Source: Acholeplasmatales bacterium (GTDB lineage Bacteria > Bacillota_I > Bacilli_A > Izemoplasmatales > Hujiaoplasmataceae). From it: 64,000 bases of DNA. The stretch spans positions 19,160 to 83,159 of the forward strand of contig DMTN01000039.1 in NCBI GenBank assembly GCA_003477305.1. The letters are read 5' to 3'. This document shows positions 9,986-19,549 of this stretch, in pieces. The notes under the pieces are model-generated. The model was given only the letters and a program-made list of their open reading frames with translations, made no database searches and was not told the origin of the DNA. Position 1 is the stretch's first letter, and the number at the start of each line of letters is the position of its first letter. A program made the translations under genes and the position numbers.

Positions 9986-12900
9986 TCAGCGCAATTTCTG
10001 AACATCGTCGATGATGAATTGTTTCTTGTCGCTCTTCTGTTCGAGCCTTCCGACGAAGACGAGGACGGCGCCTTTCTCGAGGTCGGAAGCCGCCCTGGCG
10101 TAGGTGCGCGGGAAGAGCGTGCCTTCGGCGCTGGACAACTGGTCTTCGATTTCGACGAACGCCATCGCCTCGCCGCCTTTGGTCTTGATCTTGTTGATGC
10201 GGGAGACCATGCCGGCGAACCGGATCGAAGTTCCCAACGAATGGATTGCGTCGGACACCGTCAGAAGTCCCAAAGCGGTCAACTTCTCCGCAAAGCGGTT
10301 AAGCGGATGATGGAGGAGATTGATGCCGATCAGTTCCTTTTCGCGTTCCTGCAGGACCTCGAAATCAACCTCGGGGGAATCGATGTAGACGAAGCGGGTG
10401 GTGTCGGAATACTCGCCGAAGGACATGTAGTTGGCGATCTGCTTCTGATTGTTCGAAAGCGTCGCCCGGTTCTTGCCGAAGGAATCGAACGCCCCGACCA
10501 TGATCAGGCTTTCGATCGCGCGGGCGTTCACGTCCGTCGTCCGGCGCATGAAATCGATGAAGTCGGCGAAGGGTGCGTCGCCGCGGAGTTCTTCGATCCG
10601 TTTGGCGACCACGGGACCGATCCCGCGGATCCCCTGGAAGGGGAAGCGGAGCCCGTCCTGTTCAATCCGGAAACGGGCGCCGGAGCGGTTGATGTCGGGG
10701 GGCAGGACCTTGATCCCGAGCTTGCGGCATTCCCGCACGTAGTCGTGCGTCGCCGCGGCGGAGCCGACGGCGGCGTCGAGCAAAACCGCCATGAATTCGA
10801 ACGGATGGTTCGCCTTCAGGTAGGCCATCCAGTAGGCGACGAGGGCATAGGCGACGGAGTGGGACTTGTTGAAACCGTAGTCGGCGAACTTCACGATGTA
10901 GTCGTAGATCTGGTTGGCGACATCGGAGGCGTGACCGTTTTCGGTGCACTTGCGGACGAATTTCTCGCGCTCCTTGACGAGTACGTCTTCCTTCTTCTTG
11001 GAGACGGCGCGGCGTAGCACGTCGGCTTCGCCGAGCGAATAGCCGGCGTACTGGTTGGCGATCTGCATGATCTGTTCCTGGTAGACGATGATCCCGAACG
11101 TCTCCTTGAGGATTTCCGCGAGCGCCGGATCGGGATAGCTGACCTTCGCCTTGCCGCTGCGGCGTTCGAGATAACTCGGGATGTTCGCCATCGGCCCCGG
11201 ACGGAACAGCGCGACCGCCGCGGAGATGTCCTCGAAGGTCTTGATCTGCATCTGCCGCAAAAGGTTCATCATGCCGTCGCTTTCGAGTTGGAAAACGCCG
11301 AGGACATTGACGTCCTGCAAGAGCTTGAAGGTCGACGGATCATCCATCGGGATCTTGTAGATGTCGACCTTCATGCCGCGGTTCTGCTCGACGAGCTTCA
11401 GGACGCGGTCGATCGTGGTGAGGTTGGAGATGCCGAGGAAGTCGATTTTGAGGAGGCCGATCGCTTCGAGGTCGGACGCTTCGAACTGGGTCTGGTTGAG
11501 GTCGAGCAACCCGGTGCGGACCGGCGAGAACGTCGTGATCGGCTCGTCGGTGATCACGATGCCGGCGGCGTGGGTCGACAGGTGCTTCGGCAAATCGACC
11601 AGTTTTTCGGCGATCGTGAGCAGTTCCGCGATTACCGGCGTCGCCATCATGTATTTGTATTTCGCGGGTTCGTTCCGTTTGAATTCGACGATCGAATTCG
11701 ATGTTTCGCTCACCGATCCGGTGATCTCGCCGACGACCGCGTCGGGCGTCTTCAGGATCCGGGCGACTTCGCGGATCGCGCTCTTGCCCTGGAAGGTGCC
11801 GAAGGCGACGATGTTGGCGACGTGGTCCTTGCCGTACTTGTCGGCGACGTATTTGATCACTTCGTCGCGGCGGTCGTCGGGGAAGTCCATGTCGATGTCG
11901 GGCATCGTGATGCGTTCGGGATTGAGGAACCGCTCAAAAAAGAGATTGTGGGCGAGCGGATCGACGTCGACGATGCCGAGCACGTAACTCGTCAGCGAAC
12001 CGGCCGCGGATCCGCGTCCGGGTCCGACCAGGATGCCCTTCTTCTTGGCGTACAGGACGAAATCCCAGACGACCAAAAAATAATCGGAATAGCCCATCCC
12101 GTCGATCGTCGCGAGTTCCCAGTCGAGCCGCTTGCGATACGCTTCCGGCGCCATCTTGCGCCGGTCGGCGGAGGTCGTGACGAGTCTTCGCGCGAGTCCC
12201 TTTTCCGCCATGCGGCGGAGTTCGGCGGCGGCCGTGGTACCCGCCGGAAGCGGGTAGCGCGGCAGGCGCCTGGTATGAAAATCGATCGTCACGGCGGATT
12301 GTTCGATCAACCGTTCGGTGTTGGCGACGGCGCGGCGGTACTCGCCGTACATCTTCGTCAACCGTTCCGGCGTCTTGTAGTCGTAGACGGCGTCCGCCGC
12401 AAGGAAAAGCCCTTCGTTCAGACTATTCTCCTCGTGCAAAATCTGCGCGAGCATCTTCGAGGCGGGAATGTCGTCGGGTTCCATATAGTTCACGCGGTTG
12501 AAAACCACCGGCCGGCCGATCTCCGAAAGGACCGGGGCGATCTTCATTTCGCTTTCGAAATCATTCGTGTCGAGCCCGAGGTAACTCTCCGGGAGAAGCT
12601 GGGTCACGCTGCGCCAAAGGTCGACCGCGCCGGGCAGGTCGCCTTCGACGATCAAGGTCGCGAGCGCGCCTTGATACAGCGGCGCGACGAAGAAAAGGCC
12701 TTCGGAATGTGCGGCGAGGACGTCGATCGACAGCGCCTTCGTTCCCGTGCCGAGAAGCGACGCCAGTTCGATCAGACGATGGTATCCGGCGTCATTTTGG
12801 GCGAACGCCGAAAAGGGGAGTTGCATCCCCTGTCCCACGATCGCCGGAAACGCCATTCCGAGGATCGGCTTGATGCCGGCTTCCACGCACTTCCGGTAGA

Positions 12901-13048
12901 ACTTGATCGTTGCGAACATATTCTGTTCATCGGCGATCCCGAGTGCGGTGAATCCGTCCGTTTTCGCCCGTCCGACGATGCGGTCACAATCGATGAGCGA
13001 CCCGTTGAACGAGTATCCCGTTTGAACGAAAAGATTGCTTTTGAGCAT
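9986..13048 (-). CDS. dnaE: DNA polymerase III alpha subunit (DnaE type)
   Basis: Motifs MPDIDMDFPDDRRDEV and GLLKIDFLGISNL, with an OB fold at the C-terminus. Start moved to the ATG at 13048 (MLKSNLFVQTGYSF), which has RBS GGTGGA. The 43 upstream codons of the ORF overlap the neighbouring gene. Confidence 0.9.
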   Translation of the reverse strand: MLKSNLFVQTGYSFNGSLIDCDRIVGRAKTDGFTALGIADEQNMFATIKFYRKCVEAGIKPILGMAFPAIVGQGMQLPFSAFAQNDAGYHRLIELASLLGTGTKALSIDVLAAHSEGLFFVAPLYQGALATLIVEGDLPGAVDLWRSVTQLLPESYLGLDTNDFESEMKIAPVLSEIGRPVVFNRVNYMEPDDIPASKMLAQILHEENSLNEGLFLAADAVYDYKTPERLTKMYGEYRRAVANTERLIEQSAVTIDFHTRRLPRYPLPAGTTAAAELRRMAEKGLARRLVTTSADRRKMAPEAYRKRLDWELATIDGMGYSDYFLVVWDFVLYAKKKGILVGPGRGSAAGSLTSYVLGIVDVDPLAHNLFFERFLNPERITMPDIDMDFPDDRRDEVIKYVADKYGKDHVANIVAFGTFQGKSAIREVARILKTPDAVVGEITGSVSETSNSIVEFKRNEPAKYKYMMATPVIAELLTIAEKLVDLPKHLSTHAAGIVITDEPITTFSPVRTGLLDLNQTQFEASDLEAIGLLKIDFLGISNLTTIDRVLKLVEQNRGMKVDIYKIPMDDPSTFKLLQDVNVLGVFQLESDGMMNLLRQMQIKTFEDISAAVALFRPGPMANIPSYLERRSGKAKVSYPDPALAEILKETFGIIVYQEQIMQIANQYAGYSLGEADVLRRAVSKKKEDVLVKEREKFVRKCTENGHASDVANQIYDYIVKFADYGFNKSHSVAYALVAYWMAYLKANHPFEFMAVLLDAAVGSAAATHDYVRECRKLGIKVLPPDINRSGARFRIEQDGLRFPFQGIRGIGPVVAKRIEELRGDAPFADFIDFMRRTTDVNARAIESLIMVGAFDSFGKNRATLSNNQKQIANYMSFGEYSDTTRFVYIDSPEVDFEVLQEREKELIGINLLHHPLNRFAEKLTALGLLTVSDAIHSLGTSIRFAGMVSRINKIKTKGGEAMAFVEIEDQLSSAEGTLFPRTYARAASDLEKGAVLVFVGRLEQKSDKKQFIIDDVQKLR

Positions 13049-13095
13049 GTCATCCACCGGCTCGATTATACCATACCGCCGCGCTTTCCGATAGG

Positions 13096-14421
13096 CTACT
13101 TCTTGCGGAAGATCAAAAACAGGCCGACCACGGCGCACGCCCCGGACAGGACCTCGACGAACGGGAAGGCCTCCCACCAGGACATCGGAACCGGGGCCGC
13201 GACGATCGTAAACGACACCGTCCGATAGGGTTCTCCGTCAAAATAGAGGACGAGTTCGTAGGTTCCCGGATCCGTCACCGCAAGCGTCCCGGCGACGCCG
13301 ATCCCGCCGAGCACGGCGGTCCCGTTGAGTGCGATCGTGACGCCTCCCTCGTAAACGCCGCCGTCTTCGACCCCCGCGGCCGACGGCAGGATCGCAAAGG
13401 CGATCGTGCGGAGGTATCCGTTGGCGGCGTAGACGGTGAGCACGTGTCGCCCGGGGATCCGATACGGATCTCCCGCGGCGTAGGGCGCCTCGTCGATCAT
13501 GAGTGCGGATGCGTTTGAAAAGATGCGGATCGCATCGGTCGTCTGAAAGTCGTCGGCGATGTTGGCGACATACGGACGGATCACGAACGAAAGCGTCTTC
13601 CGATATCCGTTTTCACCCGCGATCGCAAGCTCATGGTTGCCCGGCATCGCAAAAACGTCGCCCGATGCGTACGGCGCGCCATCGATCGAAAGAACCCCTT
13701 TTGCGGTGATCGTCACCCCTTCGTCGTAGGTCCCGCCGGCGATGACGCCCGCGATCAGCGGATCGACGGTGACGCAGGCGCGGTAGACGTATTCGCCGTC
13801 GGACACCGTCAGTTCATAGATCCCGGGTTCCTCGATCAGGATTTGATCGACATCGGCGCCGTCGATCGTCGCAAAGCCGCGATACTGATAGGCAAACGAA
13901 CCTTCCGCCGCAAGTTCTTCCGGCAGGGTCGTTTCCGCAAGCGACGCGTCGAAGACATAATCGGCCGCATGCGCGTCGTCTTTTGACAAGACCAGCAGAT
14001 GGCCGTGGTTGTTGTATCCGGTCATCAGGCCGGGTACGCCCGCACGATCAAGATAGCTCCCGTCGCGGGTGAAGGTGAGGATCTCCGTCTTGCGAAGCGA
14101 CGACCCGCCGCTTCCGGGAATCCCGCGGGTTTCGGTCACGAGCGTGAAGACGTCGTCCGCGAGAATCGCGAAGTAGATGAACGTCTCGTCATTGCCGCCA
14201 TCGTACAGATAGGTCGCGATCTCCGCATGGGTCGAAGCGTCGGTGATGCGAAGCCACGCGTCGCCGTCAAACGGATCCGCCGATTTGACGAGACGTCCGA
14301 ATTCATAGAGCCGGCCGTCCCACAAGACGCCGCCGGGACCGGCGTCGATCGCCGGCGAGCCGACGGGATCGACGGGGATCGCGATGAACATGAGGCAAAC
14401 CAGAAGACTCAAAATTGACAT
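13096..14421 (-). CDS. hypothetical surface protein with four repeated beta-rich modules and a C-terminal TM anchor
   Basis: 441 aa. N-terminal hydrophobic signal MSILSLLVCLMFIAIPV. Four units each end in PG-x-[YH]-[EV]-L...F-x-I-x-P. C-terminal helix WWEAFPFVEVLSGACAVVGLFLIFRKK. Confidence 0.6.
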   Translation of the reverse strand: MSILSLLVCLMFIAIPVDPVGSPAIDAGPGGVLWDGRLYEFGRLVKSADPFDGDAWLRITDASTHAEIATYLYDGGNDETFIYFAILADDVFTLVTETRGIPGSGGSSLRKTEILTFTRDGSYLDRAGVPGLMTGYNNHGHLLVLSKDDAHAADYVFDASLAETTLPEELAAEGSFAYQYRGFATIDGADVDQILIEEPGIYELTVSDGEYVYRACVTVDPLIAGVIAGGTYDEGVTITAKGVLSIDGAPYASGDVFAMPGNHELAIAGENGYRKTLSFVIRPYVANIADDFQTTDAIRIFSNASALMIDEAPYAAGDPYRIPGRHVLTVYAANGYLRTIAFAILPSAAGVEDGGVYEGGVTIALNGTAVLGGIGVAGTLAVTDPGTYELVLYFDGEPYRTVSFTIVAAPVPMSWWEAFPFVEVLSGACAVVGLFLIFRKK

Positions 14422-14483
14422 GAAAAAAACCTCCTCGCATCAATGATACGCGGGAGGTTCTCTCATTCTTTATCGACGTGTCT

Positions 14484-15674
14484 TCAGGCGTGGATCAAAC
14501 GGACCGTATCGCGGGCGATCATGACTTCCTCATTGGTCGGGACGACCCAGACCTGGATCTTCGAATCCGGGGTCGAGATCAGCCGTTCGACGCCGCGGCA
14601 TTCGTTCTTGGCCTCGTCGATCGCAACGCCGAGGGCGGTCAAACGCGCGCAGATGATCGAGCGGGTCGAAGGCGCGTTTTCGCCGATGCCGGCGGTGAAG
14701 ACGATCGCGTCGGCGCCGCCGACATAGCAGTGATAACTGGCGACATAGTCGGCGATCCGCTTCGCCTGGACGTCGAGGGCGAGGCGGGCGCGGGCGTTTC
14801 CGCGGTTGGCCGCATCCCAGAGGTCGCGCGAATCGGAGGAAACGCCGGAGACGCCGAGATAACCGGACTGCTTGTTCAGGATGGCCGTGATCTCCCTGGC
14901 GGACTTGCCCTTCTTGACCATCATGTATTCGATGACGGCGGGATCGATGTTGCCGGAGCGGGTGCCCATCGGAATGCCTTCGAGCGGGGTGAACCCCATC
15001 GAGGTATCGATCGAGACGCCGCCCTTGACGGCGCAGATCGAGGCGCCGTTGCCAAGATGGCAGACGACGACGTTCACGTCCTTGGGTTCTTTGCCCATCA
15101 GGACGGCGACGCGTTCGGAAACATATTTGTGAGACGTGCCGTGAAAACCGTATTTGCGGACCGCATGGCGTTCGTACCAGTCGTAGGGAACGGCGTACAT
15201 ATACGCCTCTTCCGGCATGTGAGCATGGAAGGCGGTGTCGAAGACGGCGACCTGCTTCACGGTGGGAAGGATTTCCTTGAAGGCCTTGATGCCCGTGAGG
15301 TTCGGGATCAGATGCAGCGGCGCGAGGTCGACGAGTTCCTCGAGGATCGCGATCTCCTTGTCGGTGATCAGAACCGACTCGGTGAGGACGTCGGCGCCGT
15401 GGACGACGCGGTGGCCGACGCCTTCGATTTCGTCGAAGGACTGGATCACGCCGAGTTCGATCAGCTTGTCGAGAACGAGCTTGGTGGCGACGGCGTGGTT
15501 GTCGATGTCGAACATCTGCTGGATTTTTTCGCCGTTCACCTTGATCGTGAAGACGGAGTCCTTCATGCCGATGCGTTCGACGATGCCGGTGGTGATCACC
15601 GTTTCCTCGGGCATGCCGATGAGTTGGAATTTGAGGGATGAGCTGCCGGCGTTGACCGCCATGATTTTTGCCAT
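14484..15674 (-). CDS. ackA: acetate kinase
   Basis: MAKIMAVNAGSSSLKFQL. Start set at the ATG at 15674, which has RBS GGAGA 9 nt upstream. The ORF-track start at 15701 lacks an RBS. Confidence 0.95.
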   Translation of the reverse strand: MAKIMAVNAGSSSLKFQLIGMPEETVITTGIVERIGMKDSVFTIKVNGEKIQQMFDIDNHAVATKLVLDKLIELGVIQSFDEIEGVGHRVVHGADVLTESVLITDKEIAILEELVDLAPLHLIPNLTGIKAFKEILPTVKQVAVFDTAFHAHMPEEAYMYAVPYDWYERHAVRKYGFHGTSHKYVSERVAVLMGKEPKDVNVVVCHLGNGASICAVKGGVSIDTSMGFTPLEGIPMGTRSGNIDPAVIEYMMVKKGKSAREITAILNKQSGYLGVSGVSSDSRDLWDAANRGNARARLALDVQAKRIADYVASYHCYVGGADAIVFTAGIGENAPSTRSIICARLTALGVAIDEAKNECRGVERLISTPDSKIQVWVVPTNEEVMIARDTVRLIHA

Positions 15675-15701
15675 TGTCTTTGTTCTCCTATGTTTGATCA
15701 A

Positions 15702-16637
15702 TCAGCGAAGATTGTCGGTAAACCAGATGTTGATGCCCTGGATCGCGCGGGCCGCGGCTTCGGCGTCCTCGAAGGACGGGATGTCGGCGAGCAGGACCTT
15801 GGAAGGCGCTTTGGCGCCGCCGCGCGCGTTCTGCATGATGAGGATGCTCTTCCCCATTCCCCGGAACATCGCATCGGGCAGTTTGACAAGCCCGACGACA
15901 TTCCATGCGCCGTGGATCACGGTGCGGAACGCGTCCGCGCCGGGAATCGTGAAGAAATCGTTTTCGATCAGGCCGACGAACCAGCCGTCGTCCTTCACGT
16001 TGGCGCGGTGATGCTTGATCACCTCGTACGGGAAGTACGCGCCGTCGTCGACGATGCGCGACGGCGGAAAATCGGTGAGAAGGACGTCCGCGGCGACGCC
16101 GGCGAAGGAAAACGTATCCTGACAAAAGACATCGTCGCCCGCGTCGGTCATGGAAAACATCGCTTCGGCGATTTTATAGGCGGTCAGGTCGACCTCGACG
16201 CCGTAGAGTTTCGTGGTGCGGTCGAGGTTGTTCGCGGCGGTGACGAGCAGGTTGCCGGTGCCGACGAGCGGATCGAACAGCACGAGCGGACCGGCGGGGA
16301 TCAGTCTGCCGATCAGGTAGGCGGCGAAGATGCCGATCGTGTCGGGGGTCATATCGGAATTCGGACGGCGGACATGTTTGAACCCTTTGAGGATGCAGAG
16401 TTGAAGGGCCTTGCGCACTTCTTCCTTCTGGAATTCGATTTTCTTCACCGGCCGAAGCCGGGCGGCCGCCTTGCGGCGCGATCCCTCCGGCATTTCCGGT
16501 CCGACGCTGCCGGCATGGATCGCCGCGCAGGCTTCGACGATGCCCTGAAGGTATGGCGTCTTGGCGTTTTCGTAGAGCAGGGACGCATATCCGTCCACCG
16601 CATCATAAATGATTTCTATATTATCTTTGTTTAACAT
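15702..16637 (-). CDS. class I SAM-dependent methyltransferase (YtxK-like, N6-adenine MTase fold)
   Basis: 311 aa. SAM motif I FDPLVGTGNLLV. Lies immediately upstream of ackA, an arrangement I recall for Bacillus ytxK-ackA. Confidence 0.7.
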   Translation of the reverse strand: MLNKDNIEIIYDAVDGYASLLYENAKTPYLQGIVEACAAIHAGSVGPEMPEGSRRKAAARLRPVKKIEFQKEEVRKALQLCILKGFKHVRRPNSDMTPDTIGIFAAYLIGRLIPAGPLVLFDPLVGTGNLLVTAANNLDRTTKLYGVEVDLTAYKIAEAMFSMTDAGDDVFCQDTFSFAGVAADVLLTDFPPSRIVDDGAYFPYEVIKHHRANVKDDGWFVGLIENDFFTIPGADAFRTVIHGAWNVVGLVKLPDAMFRGMGKSILIMQNARGGAKAPSKVLLADIPSFEDAEAAARAIQGINIWFTDNLR

Positions 16638-16731
16638 AAATCCACCTCAACTATTGTAACATACCGTCGTGCGATTCACAAGCACAGACGCAGCCGACGA
16701 CCTTGTCGCAAAATGACGCGTTCGTGGTACA

Positions 16732-17016
16732 ATGGAAGCGGTGATCCCCGTGCGAAAATGGATGATAAAACTGATTCACAAGTATCAAACGACCTTCGCG
16801 GGTCGGCCGGCGCGCTGCCGCTACCATCCGACCTGTTCGAACTATGCGATCGAAGCCTATGAAAACTACAACTTCTTCTACGCCACGATCCTCACGATCT
16901 GGCGGATTTTACGATGCAATCCGCTGTTCAAGGGCGGGTATGACCCGATCCCGAAGTACAAGAAGATCCTGAAGGCGGAACTGAAAGCCGAAAAGGAGAA
17001 CAACGACGCTCGTTGA
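16732..17016 (+). CDS. yidD: membrane protein insertion efficiency factor YidD
   Basis: Conserved CRYHPTCSNYAIEA ... CNPLFKGGYDPIP. The start is uncertain; the alternative ATG at 16762 (MIKLIHKYQ) fits family length better. Confidence 0.8.
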   Translation: MEAVIPVRKWMIKLIHKYQTTFAGRPARCRYHPTCSNYAIEAYENYNFFYATILTIWRILRCNPLFKGGYDPIPKYKKILKAELKAEKENNDAR

Positions 17017-17032
17017 AGCGTCATTTTTTTTC
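17005..17032 (+). terminator. rho-independent terminator after yidD
   Basis: GACGCT-cgttga-AGCGTC followed by A plus T9. Overlaps the 3' end of the convergent antiporter gene. Confidence 0.6.
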
Positions 17033-18373
17033 GGGCAAAGCGGTTTCCGCATGGTGGTCGTCGTGCTCGTCGGGATGACCGGTGAAATACATCAGTTTCG
17101 GGTCGATTTCATGCGCGTCGACCAACGCCTTGCGAGAGAAGAACGGACCGACGAACTGATAGAGGATGCCGGCGATCAAAATGACCATGAAGAGCGTTTT
17201 GCGCCATTCTTCCGGAAGCGATTCCTCATGGAGCACGACCTGTGCCATACCGATCGAGACGGTCGCCTGCGGAAGCAGGGCGCGGACGAGGAATTTGAGG
17301 ACTTTTGGATCGGTCTTTTTGATTTTCGAACCGATGAAGATGCCGATCTGCTTGCCGGCGACGCGGACGACCGCGTAGGCAAGGACGAGGATCAGGATGA
17401 ACCACCAGACCGCCTCGACGCTTTGCATTTCCATCACGAACTGGGCGCCGATCAGGGCGAAGAAAACGAGGATGAACGGCGGCGTGAACCCGTCGACCGC
17501 CTCATCGTTTTCCTTGCGGAGATCCTTCGGGATGAAGTTCGTGAAGAAAATTCCCATGAACATCGGGGTGAGAATCGGCGAAAGCACGAAATGCACTTCG
17601 CCGATTTGCCAGTCGTGCAGCGCCAGCGCGGCCGTGAGCAGAACGGCGGCGACGGTTTCGGTGAGGAAGGTCTGCTTATATTCGGGATCGCGGCGTTTCG
17701 CGAGTTTGATGAAGATCGCGAGCAAGGCGCCGATGATGGCGCCGACCGCGATCGATCCGACGATTTCCAGGAATGGTTCGGCGATCGCGACTTCGGGATT
17801 CGGGGATCCTCCCGCGGCGGCGGCGCCGGCGATTGCGAGCGCGACCGAGAAGAGGATGACGCTGACGATGTCGTCCATCCCGATGTGCGGCATGATCGCG
17901 TTCGTCAGATGTCCTTTGGTCTTGTATTTGCGCGACAGGACCATGATCGTTTCGGGCGAGGTCGCGGTGGCGATGACGCCGACGATGATGGCCATGTACC
18001 ACGGCGCGCCGAACAGGATGAACAGAAGCGTCACGAGGCCGATCGTGAAGACCGCCTGCGTGAGAACGATCACGGCGACTTCCGAGAAGTTCGCCCGCAG
18101 CGATTTTCGATGCAGCCGCGTACCGAGTTCGAACGCGATGAACGCGAGCGCGACGTTCGACAGGATCGAAAGACTGCCATAGACGGATTCGCCGTCCGCG
18201 AAGAGCAAAAAGCCGCCGAGGATCAACCCGGAGACGAAATACCCCGTGATCGACGGGAGCCGGATCGTTTCGGCGAGGCGACCGAGGATCGCGCCGATGG
18301 CGATGACGACCGCCAAAACGGCGAGCGCGTTGAAGAACGATTCGTTGATGATGGAAAGAAACAGTGCGGGCAT
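17021..18373 (-). CDS. cation:proton antiporter (CPA2 / Na_H exchanger family)
   Basis: 450-aa polytopic protein. N-terminal ETIRLPSITGYFVSGLILGG is typical of the Kef/NapA-like family. Paralogous to 51848-53062. Confidence 0.8.
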   Translation of the reverse strand: MPALFLSIINESFFNALAVLAVVIAIGAILGRLAETIRLPSITGYFVSGLILGGFLLFADGESVYGSLSILSNVALAFIAFELGTRLHRKSLRANFSEVAVIVLTQAVFTIGLVTLLFILFGAPWYMAIIVGVIATATSPETIMVLSRKYKTKGHLTNAIMPHIGMDDIVSVILFSVALAIAGAAAAGGSPNPEVAIAEPFLEIVGSIAVGAIIGALLAIFIKLAKRRDPEYKQTFLTETVAAVLLTAALALHDWQIGEVHFVLSPILTPMFMGIFFTNFIPKDLRKENDEAVDGFTPPFILVFFALIGAQFVMEMQSVEAVWWFILILVLAYAVVRVAGKQIGIFIGSKIKKTDPKVLKFLVRALLPQATVSIGMAQVVLHEESLPEEWRKTLFMVILIAGILYQFVGPFFSRKALVDAHEIDPKLMYFTGHPDEHDDHHAETALPEKK

Positions 18374-18403
18374 GAGAATCCTCCTCGGGAGTGCGACGTA
18401 ATC

Positions 18404-18431
18404 ATTATATCGTACGGGAAGCGTTTTTCAA
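18404..18431 (-). promoter_or_regulatory. sigmaA-type promoter of the antiporter gene
   Basis: Minus strand reads TTGAAA (18431-18426), a 16-nt spacer, then TATAAT (18409-18404). RBS GAGGAGGA lies before the ATG at 18373. Confidence 0.5.
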
Positions 18432-18483
18432 AATGAAATAGCGGACTCCCGACGAAACCGCAACGGCGGCTTCTTTCCCCGGT

Positions 18484-18927
18484 TCAATCGTCGATGACTT
18501 CGACGGCATCGCTTGCGAGCCGATAGACGTCGCTGATCTTGTCGGCGATTTCGCCTAAGATCGCCTCGCCTTCGAGCCCGTCCTTCCGCATGTAGTCGAA
18601 TTGGCGACGAACCATGTGGTTCTGCGGCATGAAGACGATCCGATAGGCGACGCCGTCTTCCGAGAAATCGACTTCAAGCGTCGATCCGTCCTTGAACTGG
18701 GCGCGATGTTCTTGAATGATCTTGCCGTCGGGGCTACGGGAAATCAGTTCGTACGAGCGTTGTATCGGCGCCCCGCCGAAATCGATCCGCTCCAGGAAAT
18801 CCCGGCTTCCCGGAACGCGTTGGCACGCGATCAGGCTTTCAAACGCCGAGGTCGGTTTTTCCACCGCTTTCGCAATCCAGCGATCGACATCGTTCTTCGC
18901 TTTTTTCCCAAACCGCCATAGCGCCAT
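18484..18927 (-). CDS. hypothetical protein
   Basis: ORF with normal codon usage. Start placed at the internal ATG (MALWRFGKKAKND). I recognise no motif. Confidence 0.45.
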   Translation of the reverse strand: MALWRFGKKAKNDVDRWIAKAVEKPTSAFESLIACQRVPGSRDFLERIDFGGAPIQRSYELISRSPDGKIIQEHRAQFKDGSTLEVDFSEDGVAYRIVFMPQNHMVRRQFDYMRKDGLEGEAILGEIADKISDVYRLASDAVEVIDD

Positions 18928-19003
18928 ATGAACCCTCCGTCCGGCCGCGTTCCGCCGGTGCCCAATCAATTATAGCACGTTCCACCGCCGTCTTCACCGC
19001 CTA

Positions 19004-19041
19004 AAACAAAAAAGCACCGGCGCTTTCGCCGATGCTTTTTT
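19004..19041 (-). terminator. terminator of the tRNA cluster (usable on both strands)
   Basis: 10-bp stem AGCACCGGCG / CGCCGATGCT with one mismatch and loop CTTT. U-runs are present on both strands. Confidence 0.6.
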
Positions 19042-19064
19042 CGCTATCGTAATCGACTTGAAGA

Positions 19065-19149
<85 letters not shown>

Positions 19150-19162
19150 GCCGATTGAAAGA

Positions 19163-19238
19163 TGGTGACCCGCAGGCGATTTGAACGCCTGACCCTTTGA
19201 TTAAAAGTCAAATGCTCTACCAACTGAGCTAGCGGGTC
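19163..19238 (-). tRNA. tRNA-Lys (anticodon UUU)
   Basis: Reverse complement GACCCGCTAGCTCAGTTGGTAGAGC...TTTGA-CTTTTAA-TCAAA...GGTCACCA. Confidence 0.9.
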
Positions 19239-19241
19239 GAT

Positions 19242-19316
19242 TGGCTGGGCTAGCTAGAGTTGAACTAGCGGTCTCGGAGTCAAAGTCCGATGCCTTAACC
19301 ACTTGGCTATAGCCCA
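19242..19316 (-). tRNA. tRNA-Gln (anticodon UUG)
   Basis: Reverse complement TGGGCTATAGCCAAGTGGTTAAGGCA-TCGGA-CTTTGAC-TCCGA...AGCCCAGCCA. Confidence 0.9.
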
Positions 19317-19335
19317 ATCTTTTGCGAAACACGAG

Positions 19336-19412
19336 TGGGGCGAATGATGGGAATCGAACCCACGAATGTCGGAGCCACAATCCGATGCGTTAACCACTTC
19401 GCCACATCCGCC
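19336..19412 (-). tRNA. tRNA-His (anticodon GUG)
   Basis: Reverse complement G(-1)GCGGATG...TCGGA-TTGTGGC-TCCGA...CATTCGC-C-CCA. The extra 5' G pairs with C73, as is typical for tRNA-His. Confidence 0.9.
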
Positions 19413-19438
19413 ATATTCATTCGTTTTTCGCACCTATA

Positions 19439-19467
19439 AGTCTACTAAATCGGTCGGTAATTGTCAA
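19439..19467 (-). promoter_or_regulatory. candidate promoter of the tRNA cluster
   Basis: Minus strand reads TTGACA (19467-19462), a 17-nt spacer, then TAGACT (19444-19439), about 25 nt upstream of tRNA-His. Confidence 0.4.
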
Positions 19468-19496
19468 GCATTATTTCCCAAACGGAACCGGTTCGA

Positions 19497-19534
19497 AGAA
19501 ACGAAAAGGGGTCGCGCCGGCTTGCCGCGACCCC
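19497..19534 (-). terminator. rho-independent terminator after the DegV gene
   Basis: GGGGTCGCG / CGCGACCCC 9-bp stem followed on the minus strand by TTTTCGTTTCTT. Confidence 0.65.
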
Positions 19535-19549
19535 TGATGTATGCATTCC

